Below, one piece after another: positions 22,214 through 33,343 of a DNA stretch of 64,000 bases. How positions within the stretch are numbered: position 1 is the first letter of the stretch; every line of letters starts with the position of its first letter. This stretch comes from a bacterium (GTDB lineage: Bacteria; SM23-31), in assembly GCA_965249485.1 (NCBI GenBank), contig OZ252239.1, positions 1,728,001 through 1,792,000 of the forward strand. The letters run 5' to 3'. The notes under the pieces are model-generated. The model was given only the letters and a program-made list of their open reading frames with translations, did no database searches and was not told where the DNA came from. The translations under genes and the position numbers were made by a program.

Positions 22214-23884
22214 ATGAAATCGAACAGAAAAATTCCCTGGCTAAGAGCAATCTCTTGTGGAGCAATTGTGGGGATAATGCTTATTTACTTTTCCGGATGC
22301 GCGAGTCAGAAAGTTTCCATGGGTGAACTTATGGTAACGTTTTATGATGCGGACAGACAACTAAAAGAGGATGCATCCGAAGAGACACTTGAAAAGATTA
22401 TTGAAATATACGATGATAAATCGAATGAGGATTTGAAAAAAGACAGGCCGGAATTATATGCCAGGATTAAAAACAGTGAAGGGATTTCTTACCGTTATTT
22501 AGCAAGATTAAAAAATTCTGAGGATAACCTGATTAATGCAATAATAAATTTTGAGAAGGCACTGGAGATATATACCATTGAGAAACACCCTATTCAATAC
22601 GCCTTAATACAGAATAACATCGGGGCTGTTTATGGAACGCTCTCCGAAGTCCGATATGCGGAGGAAAACCTGACGAAAGCGATCATTGTATATGAAGAGG
22701 CGCTGAAGGTGTACACATTGGAGAGATATCCTATACAATATGCTTCCACCCAGAATAATCTTGGGGCTGCCTATGGAACGCTCTCCGGGGTTCGCGATAC
22801 GGAGAATAACGTGAATAGCGCAATTGAAGCGTATGAAGAGGTGCTGAAGATCTTTACTGTTGAGAAATACCCGGGTAGACATGCTATAGCCTTGAACAAT
22901 CTTGGAACTGCCTATGAGATCCTTGCAAGAGTCCGGGATATGGAGGAAAACCTGACAAAGGCAATTGGATTTTTTGAAGAAGCTCTGAATTTAATCACTG
23001 TTGAGCAAAATCCTGATGATTTTGCTTCTGTACAGAATAATCTTGGTAATGCATATGTAACCTCTTCTGATGTGCGAAATAAGGAGGAGAACCTTAATAA
23101 GGCGATCCAGATGTATGAAGAAGCTTTGAAAGTATACACAATAGATCAGTACCCTCTAAAGTATGCATTAACTCAGAATAATCTTGGGAGCGCGTACGTA
23201 TCTTTTTTTGAAATTCAATTTCAAGGTTCGATTTATTCAGAGTTTCGCATTAAGGAGGAGAACCTTAATAAGGCGGTCCGTGCGTATGATAAGGCTTTGA
23301 AGGTATACACAATTGAGCGATTCCCTCTTAATTATGCATTAACCCAGAATAATCTTGGGAACGCATACTGGTCTCTTGCAGAGTTTATTCCCCAGGGTAT
23401 AAAAAAGACGCAAAAAATTGTAGATTACAAGAGTGAAGAGAGCCTGATATTTAAGAGAACTGTTAATGAGGATGCGGACAAAGTCAATAACATAGCAAAA
23501 GCGATAAATGCTTATAATGAGGCGTTGAAAATATACACAATTAGCGGACACCCTCTGGACTATGCAATGATCCAGAATAACCTTGGAGCTGCCTTTAAAA
23601 CCCTCGCAGAGGTTCGAGATGCGGAGGTAAACCTGACAAGATCAATCGAAGCGTGTGAAGAAGCCCTAAAAATCAGAACAATTGATAAACACCCTCTTGA
23701 CTATGCGCATACCCAGAATAATATTGGGAACACATATGAAATTCTTTCAAGAGTTCAAAATGCTGAGGAAAATATTACAAAAGCGACCCGTGCATATGAT
23801 GAGGCATTGAAAATATTTACTCTTGATAAATATCCGCAACTTCACCAGGATGTTGTATCGAGCCTTATGAAAATAAAGAGTTAA
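22214..23884 (+). CDS. TPR-repeat lipoprotein
   Basis: AAGGAGG RBS, lipobox FSGC, repeated 'YAxTQNNLGxAY...AIxxYEEALKVYT' units. Confidence 0.88.
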   Translation: MKSNRKIPWLRAISCGAIVGIMLIYFSGCASQKVSMGELMVTFYDADRQLKEDASEETLEKIIEIYDDKSNEDLKKDRPELYARIKNSEGISYRYLARLKNSEDNLINAIINFEKALEIYTIEKHPIQYALIQNNIGAVYGTLSEVRYAEENLTKAIIVYEEALKVYTLERYPIQYASTQNNLGAAYGTLSGVRDTENNVNSAIEAYEEVLKIFTVEKYPGRHAIALNNLGTAYEILARVRDMEENLTKAIGFFEEALNLITVEQNPDDFASVQNNLGNAYVTSSDVRNKEENLNKAIQMYEEALKVYTIDQYPLKYALTQNNLGSAYVSFFEIQFQGSIYSEFRIKEENLNKAVRAYDKALKVYTIERFPLNYALTQNNLGNAYWSLAEFIPQGIKKTQKIVDYKSEESLIFKRTVNEDADKVNNIAKAINAYNEALKIYTISGHPLDYAMIQNNLGAAFKTLAEVRDAEVNLTRSIEACEEALKIRTIDKHPLDYAHTQNNIGNTYEILSRVQNAEENITKATRAYDEALKIFTLDKYPQLHQDVVSSLMKIKS

Positions 23885-23932
23885 TACGTTTCATTCTGAG
23901 GTCATGTCGTATTCTTAAATTCACACAGTCAC

Positions 23933-24427
23933 TTATATCATACCGTATAAGTGGGCGGTATTTATTTTTTCTTCCGAGAGTCTTAACCAGAGAAAGAGCT
24001 GCATACGGTGGTTTGACAGATGCTCAAACGCCTGCATCATGAATGCAGCGAATGGTATTTCAAACGGCATCCACGGAGGTTTAATCATTTTTGTATTGAA
24101 TTCGTCTTCCGTCATCTTCCCAAATTCATCCTTCATGAGCTGAAAATCTTTATCGATTTTTTCAACAGCCTCGTTTACAGATGATACCCGGAGATATGTT
24201 TCTGCGGGCGGCAACATGTTTTCCGGAGGTATATCGGGAAATGCATCATGATACGCCTGATAGGCCATACCCCCGAGGCATCCACTGCAATGATGCAGCA
24301 GCTGATCAATAGTAAAAACTCCCTCCATCGGCTTGAAGTTGAACTTCTCTTCCGGTGTCAGCATAATCAGTTTACGTGTTGCCTGGTAAATGTTTTCTAC
24401 ATACTGTATGTATTCTTCGCGTAGCAT
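23933..24427 (-). CDS. DinB family protein
   Basis: FKP..TIDQLLHH and EHLSNHRMQLFLWLR His pattern. Confidence 0.85.
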   Translation of the reverse strand: MLREEYIQYVENIYQATRKLIMLTPEEKFNFKPMEGVFTIDQLLHHCSGCLGGMAYQAYHDAFPDIPPENMLPPAETYLRVSSVNEAVEKIDKDFQLMKDEFGKMTEDEFNTKMIKPPWMPFEIPFAAFMMQAFEHLSNHRMQLFLWLRLSEEKINTAHLYGMI

Positions 24428-24481
24428 ATTTTTTCCTTATACTAATTTGTTATGAATATGACTCTTTTGAAATCAACGGGT

Positions 24482-24844
24482 TTAGCCTTCTAAGAGAAAT
24501 TTATTGTTATCTAAATCTTTAAATTTAGCGTACGTCCCCCACGACATTTTTTTAGGTTTTTCGATAAATTCTACTCCATTATCCGCCATTGTTTTGTATG
24601 TTTCATTAACATCTGTACATTGAAACACAACTGAAGGTTTTAATTCTTCCCAATTTTTCATCATTGATTTCGGATATACAGCCAGATTTGATTGTCCGCC
24701 TTGCGGACCAATTTCAAGCCAGTGAACATTGTTTCCCATGGGAACTTTTTTCTTAACTTCAAATCCGACCTTTTCAATCCAAAATGATTCGGCTTTATTC
24801 TGGTCTTCGACATAGACCCCAATTGTTGCTACGTGTGTAATCAT
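24482..24844 (-). CDS. VOC/glyoxalase-bleomycin resistance family protein
   Basis: GVYVEDQ..FW..KVGF, WLEI, MSWGTYAKFKDLDNN. Confidence 0.88.
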   Translation of the reverse strand: MITHVATIGVYVEDQNKAESFWIEKVGFEVKKKVPMGNNVHWLEIGPQGGQSNLAVYPKSMMKNWEELKPSVVFQCTDVNETYKTMADNGVEFIEKPKKMSWGTYAKFKDLDNNKFLLEG

Positions 24845-24919
24845 TAATTTTTCCTTGAGAAGAGTTGTGTAGTGCTCAGTTATTTTTGTTATAATTCATT
24901 ATTCTCGATTAAACGTATA

Positions 24920-25204
24920 CTACCCGGATTTTTTCACCAGTTTTCCATCTATCCAGAAATATCCAATACTGTCTATGAACTCCATTACCACCGGATCCCG
25001 AAGTAATTCATGGTTTTCATCAGATGTGTGCACAATCTGCAAATACGAAACTGCTTTGTCGCGGAACTCGAACCGGTCTCGTTCATGCATATCTTCTTTG
25101 CTATTGAACAACCGGATGTAAAGATTGATCAGGTCAATCCAGCAGTCCGGAGGTTGTGGAAGCGGGGTGGAGGTGGCGATATTTTTTTGGAATATTTTTG
25201 TCAT
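24920..25204 (-). CDS. Hypothetical protein
   Basis: 94-aa ORF co-oriented with its neighbours; no motif recognised. Confidence 0.45.
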   Translation of the reverse strand: MTKIFQKNIATSTPLPQPPDCWIDLINLYIRLFNSKEDMHERDRFEFRDKAVSYLQIVHTSDENHELLRDPVVMEFIDSIGYFWIDGKLVKKSG

Positions 25205-25224
25205 GGATGGTTCATTTTAATTTC

Positions 25225-25368
25225 TTATCTATTTGAATCCTCTGCAAAGAACATGAGAATAGTTGCAATCGCTGCACCAATCACGCCACTGCCGGGAAGT
25301 AAAGGGAACACAGCAAAGAGCAGAACTATCCCGATGAGTAGAGAGGTCTCAAATCCTGAGATACGCAT
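25225..25368 (-). CDS. Small hydrophobic protein (47 aa)
   Basis: MRISGFETSLLIGIVLLFAVFPLLPGSGVIGAAIATILMFFAEDSNR*; two probable TM helices. Confidence 0.35.
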   Translation of the reverse strand: MRISGFETSLLIGIVLLFAVFPLLPGSGVIGAAIATILMFFAEDSNR

Positions 25369-25546
25369 ACTTTTGGTTTTTGGCGATTCTACTATTTCTG
25401 ATCTATATATATGAAAATGAATATGATTGCGGGAATATAGTTAGCGCTATTACGGATTTCCGTTTCGCGGTGTATTTCTGACTATTGAATGAATAGATAA
25501 CGATATTGATTGGGAAGTGTTAAACAGTTCTCTTTCGTATACGTGA

Positions 25547-25933
25547 TTATACCTGATAGATTTGTATTAAATTACCGCATGTGTCATCAAATGCAGCAAA
25601 ACTCGCTTCTCCTTCAACTTTTGTCGGTTTTACTTTAAATTGCACCCCTAACTCTTTCAATCTTTTGTACTCTTTTTGAATATCGTTGACAGCAAATGAC
25701 GCTACAGCAATTTCCTGTTCGAACAGAGCTTGTTGAAATTCTTTTGCGGCCGGATTATCACTCGGCTCAAGCAGTAACTCGGGTCCATCCGGTTCTTCCG
25801 GTGAAACAACCGTTAACCATTTGAATTTCCCCACAGGGAAGTCATTTTTCTTAATAAAACCCAAAACCTCTGTGTAAAATTCAAGCGCCTGGTCCTGGCC
25901 GTTTACCAATACATATGTTAGTCTGATCTTCAT
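25547..25933 (-). CDS. VOC/glyoxalase family protein
   Basis: QDQALEFYTEVLGF, WLTVVSPE, FDDTCGNLIQIYQ. Confidence 0.9.
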   Translation of the reverse strand: MKIRLTYVLVNGQDQALEFYTEVLGFIKKNDFPVGKFKWLTVVSPEEPDGPELLLEPSDNPAAKEFQQALFEQEIAVASFAVNDIQKEYKRLKELGVQFKVKPTKVEGEASFAAFDDTCGNLIQIYQV

Positions 25934-26398
25934 ATTGATATTTCGCCTTTAGTATATATACACATCAACTTCCGAAATCATAAATACTTTTTCGATACTG
26001 TTGGGAGGTTCACGGAGTATCAAGAGGTGGTCATCGTGAAAAAAAGTGTTGTGATTCTCTATACAGATCGCATTGGAACATACGGAGGGTTAGTAACTCC
26101 CATTCATCATATAAAACGTGGAAATCGTTTTGAAGATTCATTATACGTTGTTATTTTACCATGGAGGGGAGCACGCATGTGGAACATACGATGACTCATT
26201 GAATGAGCAATGCTTGCAAAGTGAGTTTAGACAGGGGGAATTGCAATTAAAAGACTCTTCTTTTATACTGTACCAACTAATTCGATCCAATACATATCAA
26301 ACTCGTTTGGAAATATTGATATGGGGAGTAAGTTCGGATAGTATGTCATACCTCAATAGGAATATCAAACATACTTTAAAATAAAAAGAGAGGATACT

Positions 26399-27781
26399 AT
26401 GAATACCAGGAATTTTTTGAGGATTTGTTCTTTCGCCTTGTTTTGTGTAATCTTGAGCAATGTATATGCTCAGGATACCAGGATTAATCCCGGTGAGAGC
26501 GCACAGAACATTATACCAATGCGGGAGCGGGTCAAGATCATGCAGCGGTGGTGGGATTGGAAAAAGGAGAACGTGCTCCCGGTTGTAATGCGGGAACAGG
26601 GAGTAGATATGTGGATTATCCGGAATAATGAAGCGGAACTCTACTATAATAATGAAGGGCCCGTGTATACGTCACTCGTGCCTGCTAACTTTGAAGGAAT
26701 GACATTTTCGAGTGTCCATGGAGCAGGTTCCCAGTTTACACCCGGCTTCATGATGTATTACGATCGTGGAGGTGAAATCGAATATGTGGAACCGCGGGAC
26801 TACAAACACATCACACAGCTCGTCCGGGAACGGGATCACCGAACTATTGCTATCGGGCAGTTTGACAATGAGGATATGCTAACCGCGCTCGGAAGTAACT
26901 ATTCGTCCCAAGCGGTTGACTCCTGGACCCTCGGGGTGCGGTGGCTTGAAACGGTGGGCCCGGAACAAATCAGAATGTATCGGTATGTACAGGAAGTGGC
27001 AAATGATATTATTGCCGAAGGATTTTCAAATAAAGCTGTTGTTCCCGAGGTCACCACGACCGACGACCTTAACTGGTGGTTCAGGCATAAAATGCTCGAC
27101 CTAAATATTGAATATGAAAACCACCCGTCTGTTACCGTTCAAAGAAGATCTGCTCACATCGCCAAATATGGTGATCCGCCAGAGTATTTTCGAAAAGGTA
27201 AGACCAGGAACGGTGTCAATGTAGTGATCAGACGGGGAGATGTAATCAGCCTTGATTCGGATATGTTTCTCCTGGGAATAGTCACCGATTCACATCAGCA
27301 CGCGTATGTTCTCGGAGATGAAGAATTGGATGTTCCTGACGGAATGAAGAAGGCATTGCGGAGCGTGAATAAAATGAATGATCTGTATCGGGAAGTTTTC
27401 AATGTTGGTCGAACCGGCATAGAAATCACACAAGCTTCTCAAAAGATTCCTTTCGAGGAAGGAGTAATTGAAGGAGGAATGAACATCCATCCCCCGCCCA
27501 CGTATATCAGTCGATTTCTTCAGGGCGGATATATGTTCTCACATAAGACCTATGTTGCGGGATTGTCGTCAGCTTCAGGATACTACCCGACGTCAATAGT
27601 CTCGAACAATCACAAGCTATTCTATAATACCGTCACCGTGTATCACCCGCACTTTCAGGCTACTGCTCCCGGTTGGGAAGAACACGGATTTGACCTTACC
27701 GTTGGTCAGTTGGCCGTATTTACCGAGGACGGACTAAAGTATCTTGAAAGACCGATGACCGCATGGCATGTGATAAAATAA
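26399..27781 (+). CDS. Secreted M24 (Xaa-Pro aminopeptidase-like) protein
   Basis: Signal peptide, LPVVMREQGVDMWII, EVTTTDDLNWW, IRRGDVISLD..TDSHQHAY. Confidence 0.75.
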   Translation: MNTRNFLRICSFALFCVILSNVYAQDTRINPGESAQNIIPMRERVKIMQRWWDWKKENVLPVVMREQGVDMWIIRNNEAELYYNNEGPVYTSLVPANFEGMTFSSVHGAGSQFTPGFMMYYDRGGEIEYVEPRDYKHITQLVRERDHRTIAIGQFDNEDMLTALGSNYSSQAVDSWTLGVRWLETVGPEQIRMYRYVQEVANDIIAEGFSNKAVVPEVTTTDDLNWWFRHKMLDLNIEYENHPSVTVQRRSAHIAKYGDPPEYFRKGKTRNGVNVVIRRGDVISLDSDMFLLGIVTDSHQHAYVLGDEELDVPDGMKKALRSVNKMNDLYREVFNVGRTGIEITQASQKIPFEEGVIEGGMNIHPPPTYISRFLQGGYMFSHKTYVAGLSSASGYYPTSIVSNNHKLFYNTVTVYHPHFQATAPGWEEHGFDLTVGQLAVFTEDGLKYLERPMTAWHVIK

Positions 27782-28114
27782 TTACTACTAATATTCTATC
27801 TGGCTCAACGCGGAAAAAAGCATTGTTATTACGTTTACAATTTTTTCTCTAATCCCAAAGGACGATGTCATTAATCTACTCCGGAAGGAATTGTGTTCTC
27901 TGTCTCAAGGCATTCGTATTGACAAGGAGCACATTGTAGACATCATAAAAAAGATGTGCTTAAAAGAGATTTATTTGACTGTGTGTAGAGTTTGTAATTC
28001 ACCGAAAAATTATTTGAAATACTGTAATGAATAATGTGATTACGAATTATAGGGGATTTAGAATACATTTATATAATCATAAAGAGGTAATTTTGAAAGA
28101 ATTATGGAGGAAAA

Positions 28115-28321
28115 AAGAAAATCATTACACTTACTCAGTTAAATTATAATAAAACTCTTATAGACATTAATCCTGAAGATATTTCATCAATGGACACTTT
28201 GCCTGGTGGGGAGTATGGACATTTTACTGTACTGAAAATGAGAAATGGAGATAGTTATGATATCAAGGATCCTACAGAAGATATTAAAAAAATAATTAAA
28301 GAAACAAAAAAATTATATTAG
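28115..28321 (+). pseudogene. FlbD-like small protein lacking a start codon
   Basis: GGAGG followed by AAG at the expected ATG position, then KIITLTQLN..INPEDI..TVLKMRNGDSYDIKD..EDIKKII. Confidence 0.4.
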
Positions 28322-28571
28322 AAGATTCAAATTATTTTGCAGCATCAAAATAATTGAAATATTCACCAATAGATGTGTTAGTTTAAATTTCCCTCGGTCT
28401 TTAATGCAAATTCAGAAATCATCAAGAAGCCCATTCTTATTATGAACTATCCGCACTCATAAAATCTATTGACTAACATTTATAAATATAAGTCACTATT
28501 ATTATAATCATATGAAAACGACACAATGATCTATAGCATCATAAACTAAACTCACAAAAAGGAGTATTTCG

Positions 28572-28946
28572 ATGGCCCACCATGGTAAGATTCATCTTAT
28601 ATACATTATCACAGCGTCTCCGGATCAAGTAGCCAAGGGTGATCGCATTTTCAAAAGCCATGTTAAATGGATGGAATCCACACACCATCGTGATGGTGAA
28701 AAGGCTCTTTTGCACTATACCGTGTCTAAGGCTCCGGAAATTTCAAATCCTTTGGATTCAAATTCTTCTGCGACCGGGAACACTTGCTTCATACTGGACG
28801 AGATCTATGAGACTGAGGCTGGTGTCGGGGATCACTTTAAGCAAGCCATGGATAACTGGGAGGATTTTTCTGCATTTGTTACGTGGATAGGGAATTGCAA
28901 AATTTCAGGGGTGCCCGTAGCATCTATTTTCAACTCACTCTGGTAA
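28572..28946 (+). CDS. Hypothetical protein (possible dimeric alpha/beta-barrel fold)
   Basis: AAGGAG RBS; FILDEIYET..DHF pattern. Confidence 0.6.
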   Translation: MAHHGKIHLIYIITASPDQVAKGDRIFKSHVKWMESTHHRDGEKALLHYTVSKAPEISNPLDSNSSATGNTCFILDEIYETEAGVGDHFKQAMDNWEDFSAFVTWIGNCKISGVPVASIFNSLW

Positions 28947-29031
28947 AAATTTGATATTTCATTCTTATGACAATACTCATCACATGACCGTAATCTATTT
29001 TTAAATAATAACGTAGAGAGACAATACAACT

Positions 29032-29232
29032 TTAATAGATTACCAGGCCATTATCATCATATGATCCGATTAATGTATCGCCGTCATAAATCAATACGCT
29101 CTGCACAACCATGTCTTGCGTGACGGTATAAATCGAAACAAGATATTCCAGGATATATTCTTTTTGATCGGCATCAAACGCATGAAAATTTTTTGCCGAT
29201 ATAGACGCGTATTTCATTACTCTCCCGGACAA
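29032..29232 (-). pseudogene. Fragment paralogous to the C-terminal domain of the adjacent thermonuclease
   Basis: YDGDTLIGSYDDNGLVIY versus YEGDEIIGLYDENGLIF in 29416-30192. Confidence 0.5.
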
Positions 29233-29415
29233 TTTCGTTCAGCATGTCCCACAATGTCCAAGTATCTCGCCGAAATACGTTGTTAATGTGCTAACAAGTT
29301 GCTCATACGCAAATCAATGTGCCTTGAAAACTGTCTCAAGAGTGGTAGCATAGGGGTATAGTGAATTGAAATCGACTTGCCGAATGTAATTTTGATTTCC
29401 ATAGTACATATTTTA

Positions 29416-30192
29416 CTATTTAACGAAAATTAATCCATTCTCATCGTATAACCCGATTATTTCATCACCTTCGTATGACAATATTTTTAGATTCTTAATG
29501 CCAGATTCTCTCACATATTGGCTTTGAATGCTCTTGAAAAATGATTTTTTGTCAGGCATACTAATACTATTAAACAATACATCAACATAAACGGATAGCT
29601 TATCATTTTCAAATATTATTTCCTTTATTACTCTTCCTTCTTGCAAGGACAAAACTAATTTATTGAAAGCTTTATCTGCTTCATTTTTTGCTTCTTCCTC
29701 TCCCAATGATTCAACTCTTTCAGTGTAATCCCATATACCGATTTCCAGTTCCTTTGCCGTATCATGCGCATCCATTAAATTCTCGAAATACTTCACATTT
29801 GGTGGATAAAAATATATGTGTCCGAAACCAACTGTTATTAACATGCTGTTTATAAAAATTTCTTTTCCATCTGATTTTTTGTACCAGGCATAAGCAAGCA
29901 ATCTTCCGTATTTATCATATTTTTCCTCATCAGTCTCAATCCGTATTATTTTGCCTTTGAGTTCAAGTGAATATTTGAGTGCATAAAGTGCGTACTTCCC
30001 GTAATATTCTTCCGGCTCTATTGCGGTATCAATTTTTGGGGTATCAACTCCGATTAGCCGTACCGTTTCGCCATTCTCAATTTCAAAGGTATCACCATCG
30101 ATTAGCCGGGTAACGGTATGGTATTCCTGAGCGACTGCAAATGAAGCGGAAAGATAAAAGATTACAGTTATGCATGTTATTTTTAATATCAT
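29416..30192 (-). CDS. Secreted thermonuclease (SNase family) with an extra C-terminal domain
   Basis: Signal peptide, IDGDTF, VRLIGVDTP, DKYGRLLAY, YPPNVKY, GIW. Confidence 0.9.
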   Translation of the reverse strand: MILKITCITVIFYLSASFAVAQEYHTVTRLIDGDTFEIENGETVRLIGVDTPKIDTAIEPEEYYGKYALYALKYSLELKGKIIRIETDEEKYDKYGRLLAYAWYKKSDGKEIFINSMLITVGFGHIYFYPPNVKYFENLMDAHDTAKELEIGIWDYTERVESLGEEEAKNEADKAFNKLVLSLQEGRVIKEIIFENDKLSVYVDVLFNSISMPDKKSFFKSIQSQYVRESGIKNLKILSYEGDEIIGLYDENGLIFVK

Positions 30193-30333
30193 GGTTTTCC
30201 TCTTTCAATTATGGGGGAATTCATGACGCCGATTCTTGTTGTATTTCCTTCTGAATGTTTGGGCAGACAATTGCGTTTTTTAACTACATAAAGCCGTTAT
30301 CTGGTGCCTTTGTATTTTAGAGGTATTGAGAGC

Positions 30334-30670
30334 TTAACTTTTTAAAATTTTCATATCGGTAATAATTTTCGTTGCGATATCACCATTATATTCTCTGACT
30401 CTTCGCGGTGTTAAAAACCACTCAATAATCCACCAAATCCACATTCCGCCAACCGTTATTAAATTCACGAAACCGAGCGCAACTCTCCCAAGAAGGAACA
30501 ATTGTATTGGAGAAAAGATCGCCAGGAGGACCATTCCTACTAGTGCTCTTTGATTTTTTCTCATATTGCTCCTGAAACATCATCTGTTCTTCGGTTGTCA
30601 TTTTGCTTAAAGCCGATTTAACCATAAGGGGCAATGTTTCTACTAAGTTCGGATTAATAGCAAGTTCCAT
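30334..30670 (-). CDS. TM2 domain membrane protein, frameshifted in an A run
   Basis: QYEKKSKS in one frame continues as GMVLLAIF..ITVGGMWIWWIIEWFLTP..YN in the other. Confidence 0.7.
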
Positions 30671-30791
30671 GATATTCTTCTCCCTGTTAGTTTCATTTGG
30701 TATTATATTACTTTTGAAGATCTTAGTGTCAACTTCGGGTATTAAAACCTTTTATCGCCGTTGTCAGTTTATAAAGGTGTTGATATTTATA

Positions 30792-31927
30792 TTAGTTATG
30801 TTTTTTCCCTTCGATCAAGTCTACTGCATCTTTTCCGAGTCGGTCGATTTCCCATTGCCGGAGCTCCGGGAACTCGTTCAATAGTTTTTCTCTATCAAGT
30901 CGCATTTGACCAATTTCTGCATTTGTTTCATTTATTTTTTTTTGCAGAGCAGCTTTCCACTTTTCCGTAGTGTTTTCCTGGGTTTTACTTTCAAAAATCA
31001 GAGAAGAAATGCTGGATAAAGTAGGTGACATTTGTAATGAAATGTCAGTGTCAAATAATTCCCACTTTGTAAAATAAACTTCAGAAGTTCCTTTATCTCG
31101 TAATAATTTATGAGTCATTGTTGGATCACCGTACTTATCGGTAATATATTTTTCTAACAAATTGAAATTTTCTTCTCTATAATCTTGCTCGACATTACTA
31201 AAATTGTAGTAAATAGATATCTGTTTTTCATCCTCATCGGAAAACATCGGCGGCTCAAGAAAATCATATTGAACATAATAATTAATACCCCTTCCCCGTA
31301 TAAAATGAGACAAATTATCATCATTTTTGCGATACGGCTCTCCATTAGCTTGTATTATATCTTCAATGCTTGTGAATCCCCAATCAAAATCCTTGTGTTC
31401 AAAATTTATGTGATTGCTTTTATTATTAATCCACATACCAGTATAATTCTCCTTCGCTTCTTGTTCGGATTTTTTGAACGAATCCTCATATTGCACGTTA
31501 GGTGGTACGGTCTTTACTTTTGCATACCCTCTCCTAACTAATATATTATTGTGAAAATAATATTCATTTTTTTTGAATACTTATTTTGATAAAACACGTA
31601 GGTAATTAATGTGCCATTTTCGTCCCGTCTCTGCTCATCATATTCAAATCCCACTTCTTTGCCCTCGAGCATCGTTTTAGTTCTATCGTATACTTTTTGC
31701 GCAAATGCTTCATCTTCCTTATTACCGCTACCAAGTTCAGGAGCATCAACACCGATTAAGCGGACGGTTTCACCACTTTCAATTTCAAAAGTATCGCCGT
31801 CAATTACACGCACAACAGTGTGCATCTCATACGAAGGTGAAACCTCGGTTTTTTCCGTGCATGAGGCTATTATTACAACGATTATTGGAAAAATAATTAA
31901 TAAAATTGAAATTAAATACTTATTCAT
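30792..31927 (-). CDS. Thermonuclease-domain lipoprotein, frameshifted
   Basis: Lipobox IASC, VIDGDTF, VRLIGVDAPE. One missing base near 31552 hides LVRRGYAKVKTVPPNVQY, which joins ORF 30792-31496. Confidence 0.8.
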
Positions 31928-32067
31928 TACACGTACTCCATGGATAATTGTAATTTATTGTGGAATAATGATATCAAATTTCTAAGTAATTAAAAAAAGC
32001 AGGAATCTGCGGAAAGTTATTCACGAGTACTAATTCAATGATGTTCCTGGTCGATGTAATACTCTCA

Positions 32068-32823
32068 TCAAAACTTATTATACACGCCTACAACTTTGTG
32101 AATGAATACGAAATCTTTTGATTTATATTCCCGGCTGTTCAAGCCGTCAATATCAACAGAGTCTTTATTATCTGGCTCGAGGTGCACAGTTTTACCAACT
32201 TGCCGGAATCGTTTTACACCGGCATTGCCACCTTTTAACCTGAATACGACAATTGAATTGTTGTGAAGTTCTGAAGAAGGGGAGACTATGACATAGTCTC
32301 CTTCGTTTAAAGTGGGAACCATTGAGTCCCCTGTAACCACCAACGCATACGCGTTTTCGTCCTTAATATCAGCCATGACATATTCCTCCGAGAAACGTAC
32401 CGGGTAATCTTGATCTGTAAAATCAACTACGTCACCAGCCGGGATTTTATTAAGGACAGGGACTTTCCGGGTGAACACGGGGTTTAATTCGTTACCCCAA
32501 TCTTGCCCGGAATCATGAACTGAAGAATGCTTACTATTATATTTAACGGCATCTTTTTTTGAATGTTCAATATATGTTTCATTATTTATGCGACTTGAGT
32601 TATTGTGGTAGAGGCTATCGGTTGTGACACCGAGGGTGGTTGCTAGTTTATATAATGTTTGGGGGTGAATTGCTTTTCTTTCATTACCATGTCTATCTTT
32701 ACCAGACTCAATAAATACGAGGTTGGAATAATCAATTTTTGATTTTTCGGATAACTTTTTGAGAGATAATCCTTGAGTAATTCTCAATAATTTGATATTT
32801 TCGCCAATTTTTTTCACGTCCAT
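32068..32823 (-). CDS. cI/LexA-like repressor (XRE HTH + S24 peptidase)
   Basis: GENIKLLR..LSLKKLS HTH, IPAG cleavage site, VTGDSMVP (Ser) and VKRF (Lys). Confidence 0.92.
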   Translation of the reverse strand: MDVKKIGENIKLLRITQGLSLKKLSEKSKIDYSNLVFIESGKDRHGNERKAIHPQTLYKLATTLGVTTDSLYHNNSSRINNETYIEHSKKDAVKYNSKHSSVHDSGQDWGNELNPVFTRKVPVLNKIPAGDVVDFTDQDYPVRFSEEYVMADIKDENAYALVVTGDSMVPTLNEGDYVIVSPSSELHNNSIVVFRLKGGNAGVKRFRQVGKTVHLEPDNKDSVDIDGLNSREYKSKDFVFIHKVVGVYNKF

Positions 32824-32946
32824 AATACTTACCAAAAACAACAGTTTACATATTTATTCCATAAAAAGTTGTATATTAATAATAAAATTATTAAATGTTA
32901 GTCGATCATACAATTTTTGCAGGCAAAAATCAACAGGAAAATACAC

Positions 32947-33156
32947 ATGATTAACAATACACTAAAAGCCAGGATAATCGAAAAGTTCGGTTCTCAGGCC
33001 GATTTCGCTCAAGCAGTGGGAAATTTCGAACCCGTGATTTCACGTGTTATTCGTGGCAGAACATTTCTTTCTGATGAAGACCAAATCCGTTGGGCTGAAT
33101 TGCTCGATTGTAAACCGGCAGATATATTTATTTTACACAATAAAATTTCGGCATAA
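32947..33156 (+). CDS. Cro-like HTH protein
   Basis: Divergent from cI; LKARIIEKFGSQADFAQAVG..ISRVIRG. Confidence 0.8.
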   Translation: MINNTLKARIIEKFGSQADFAQAVGNFEPVISRVIRGRTFLSDEDQIRWAELLDCKPADIFILHNKISA

Positions 33157-33343
33157 CAGTATCAACTAAAAATCATCATAGTGTTGCGAGGTGTATTATG
33201 GATATGATTAACAAATTTGACTACCACAAAGAAAAAGTTGATGAGCTACAGAAATTGGAAATCATCAAGAGTAAAATCGCTTAGTGAGGAAGTGTTAAAT
33301 TTGATTTTCGGAACAAAGCAATGGATTATGAAAAAGTGTCAGA

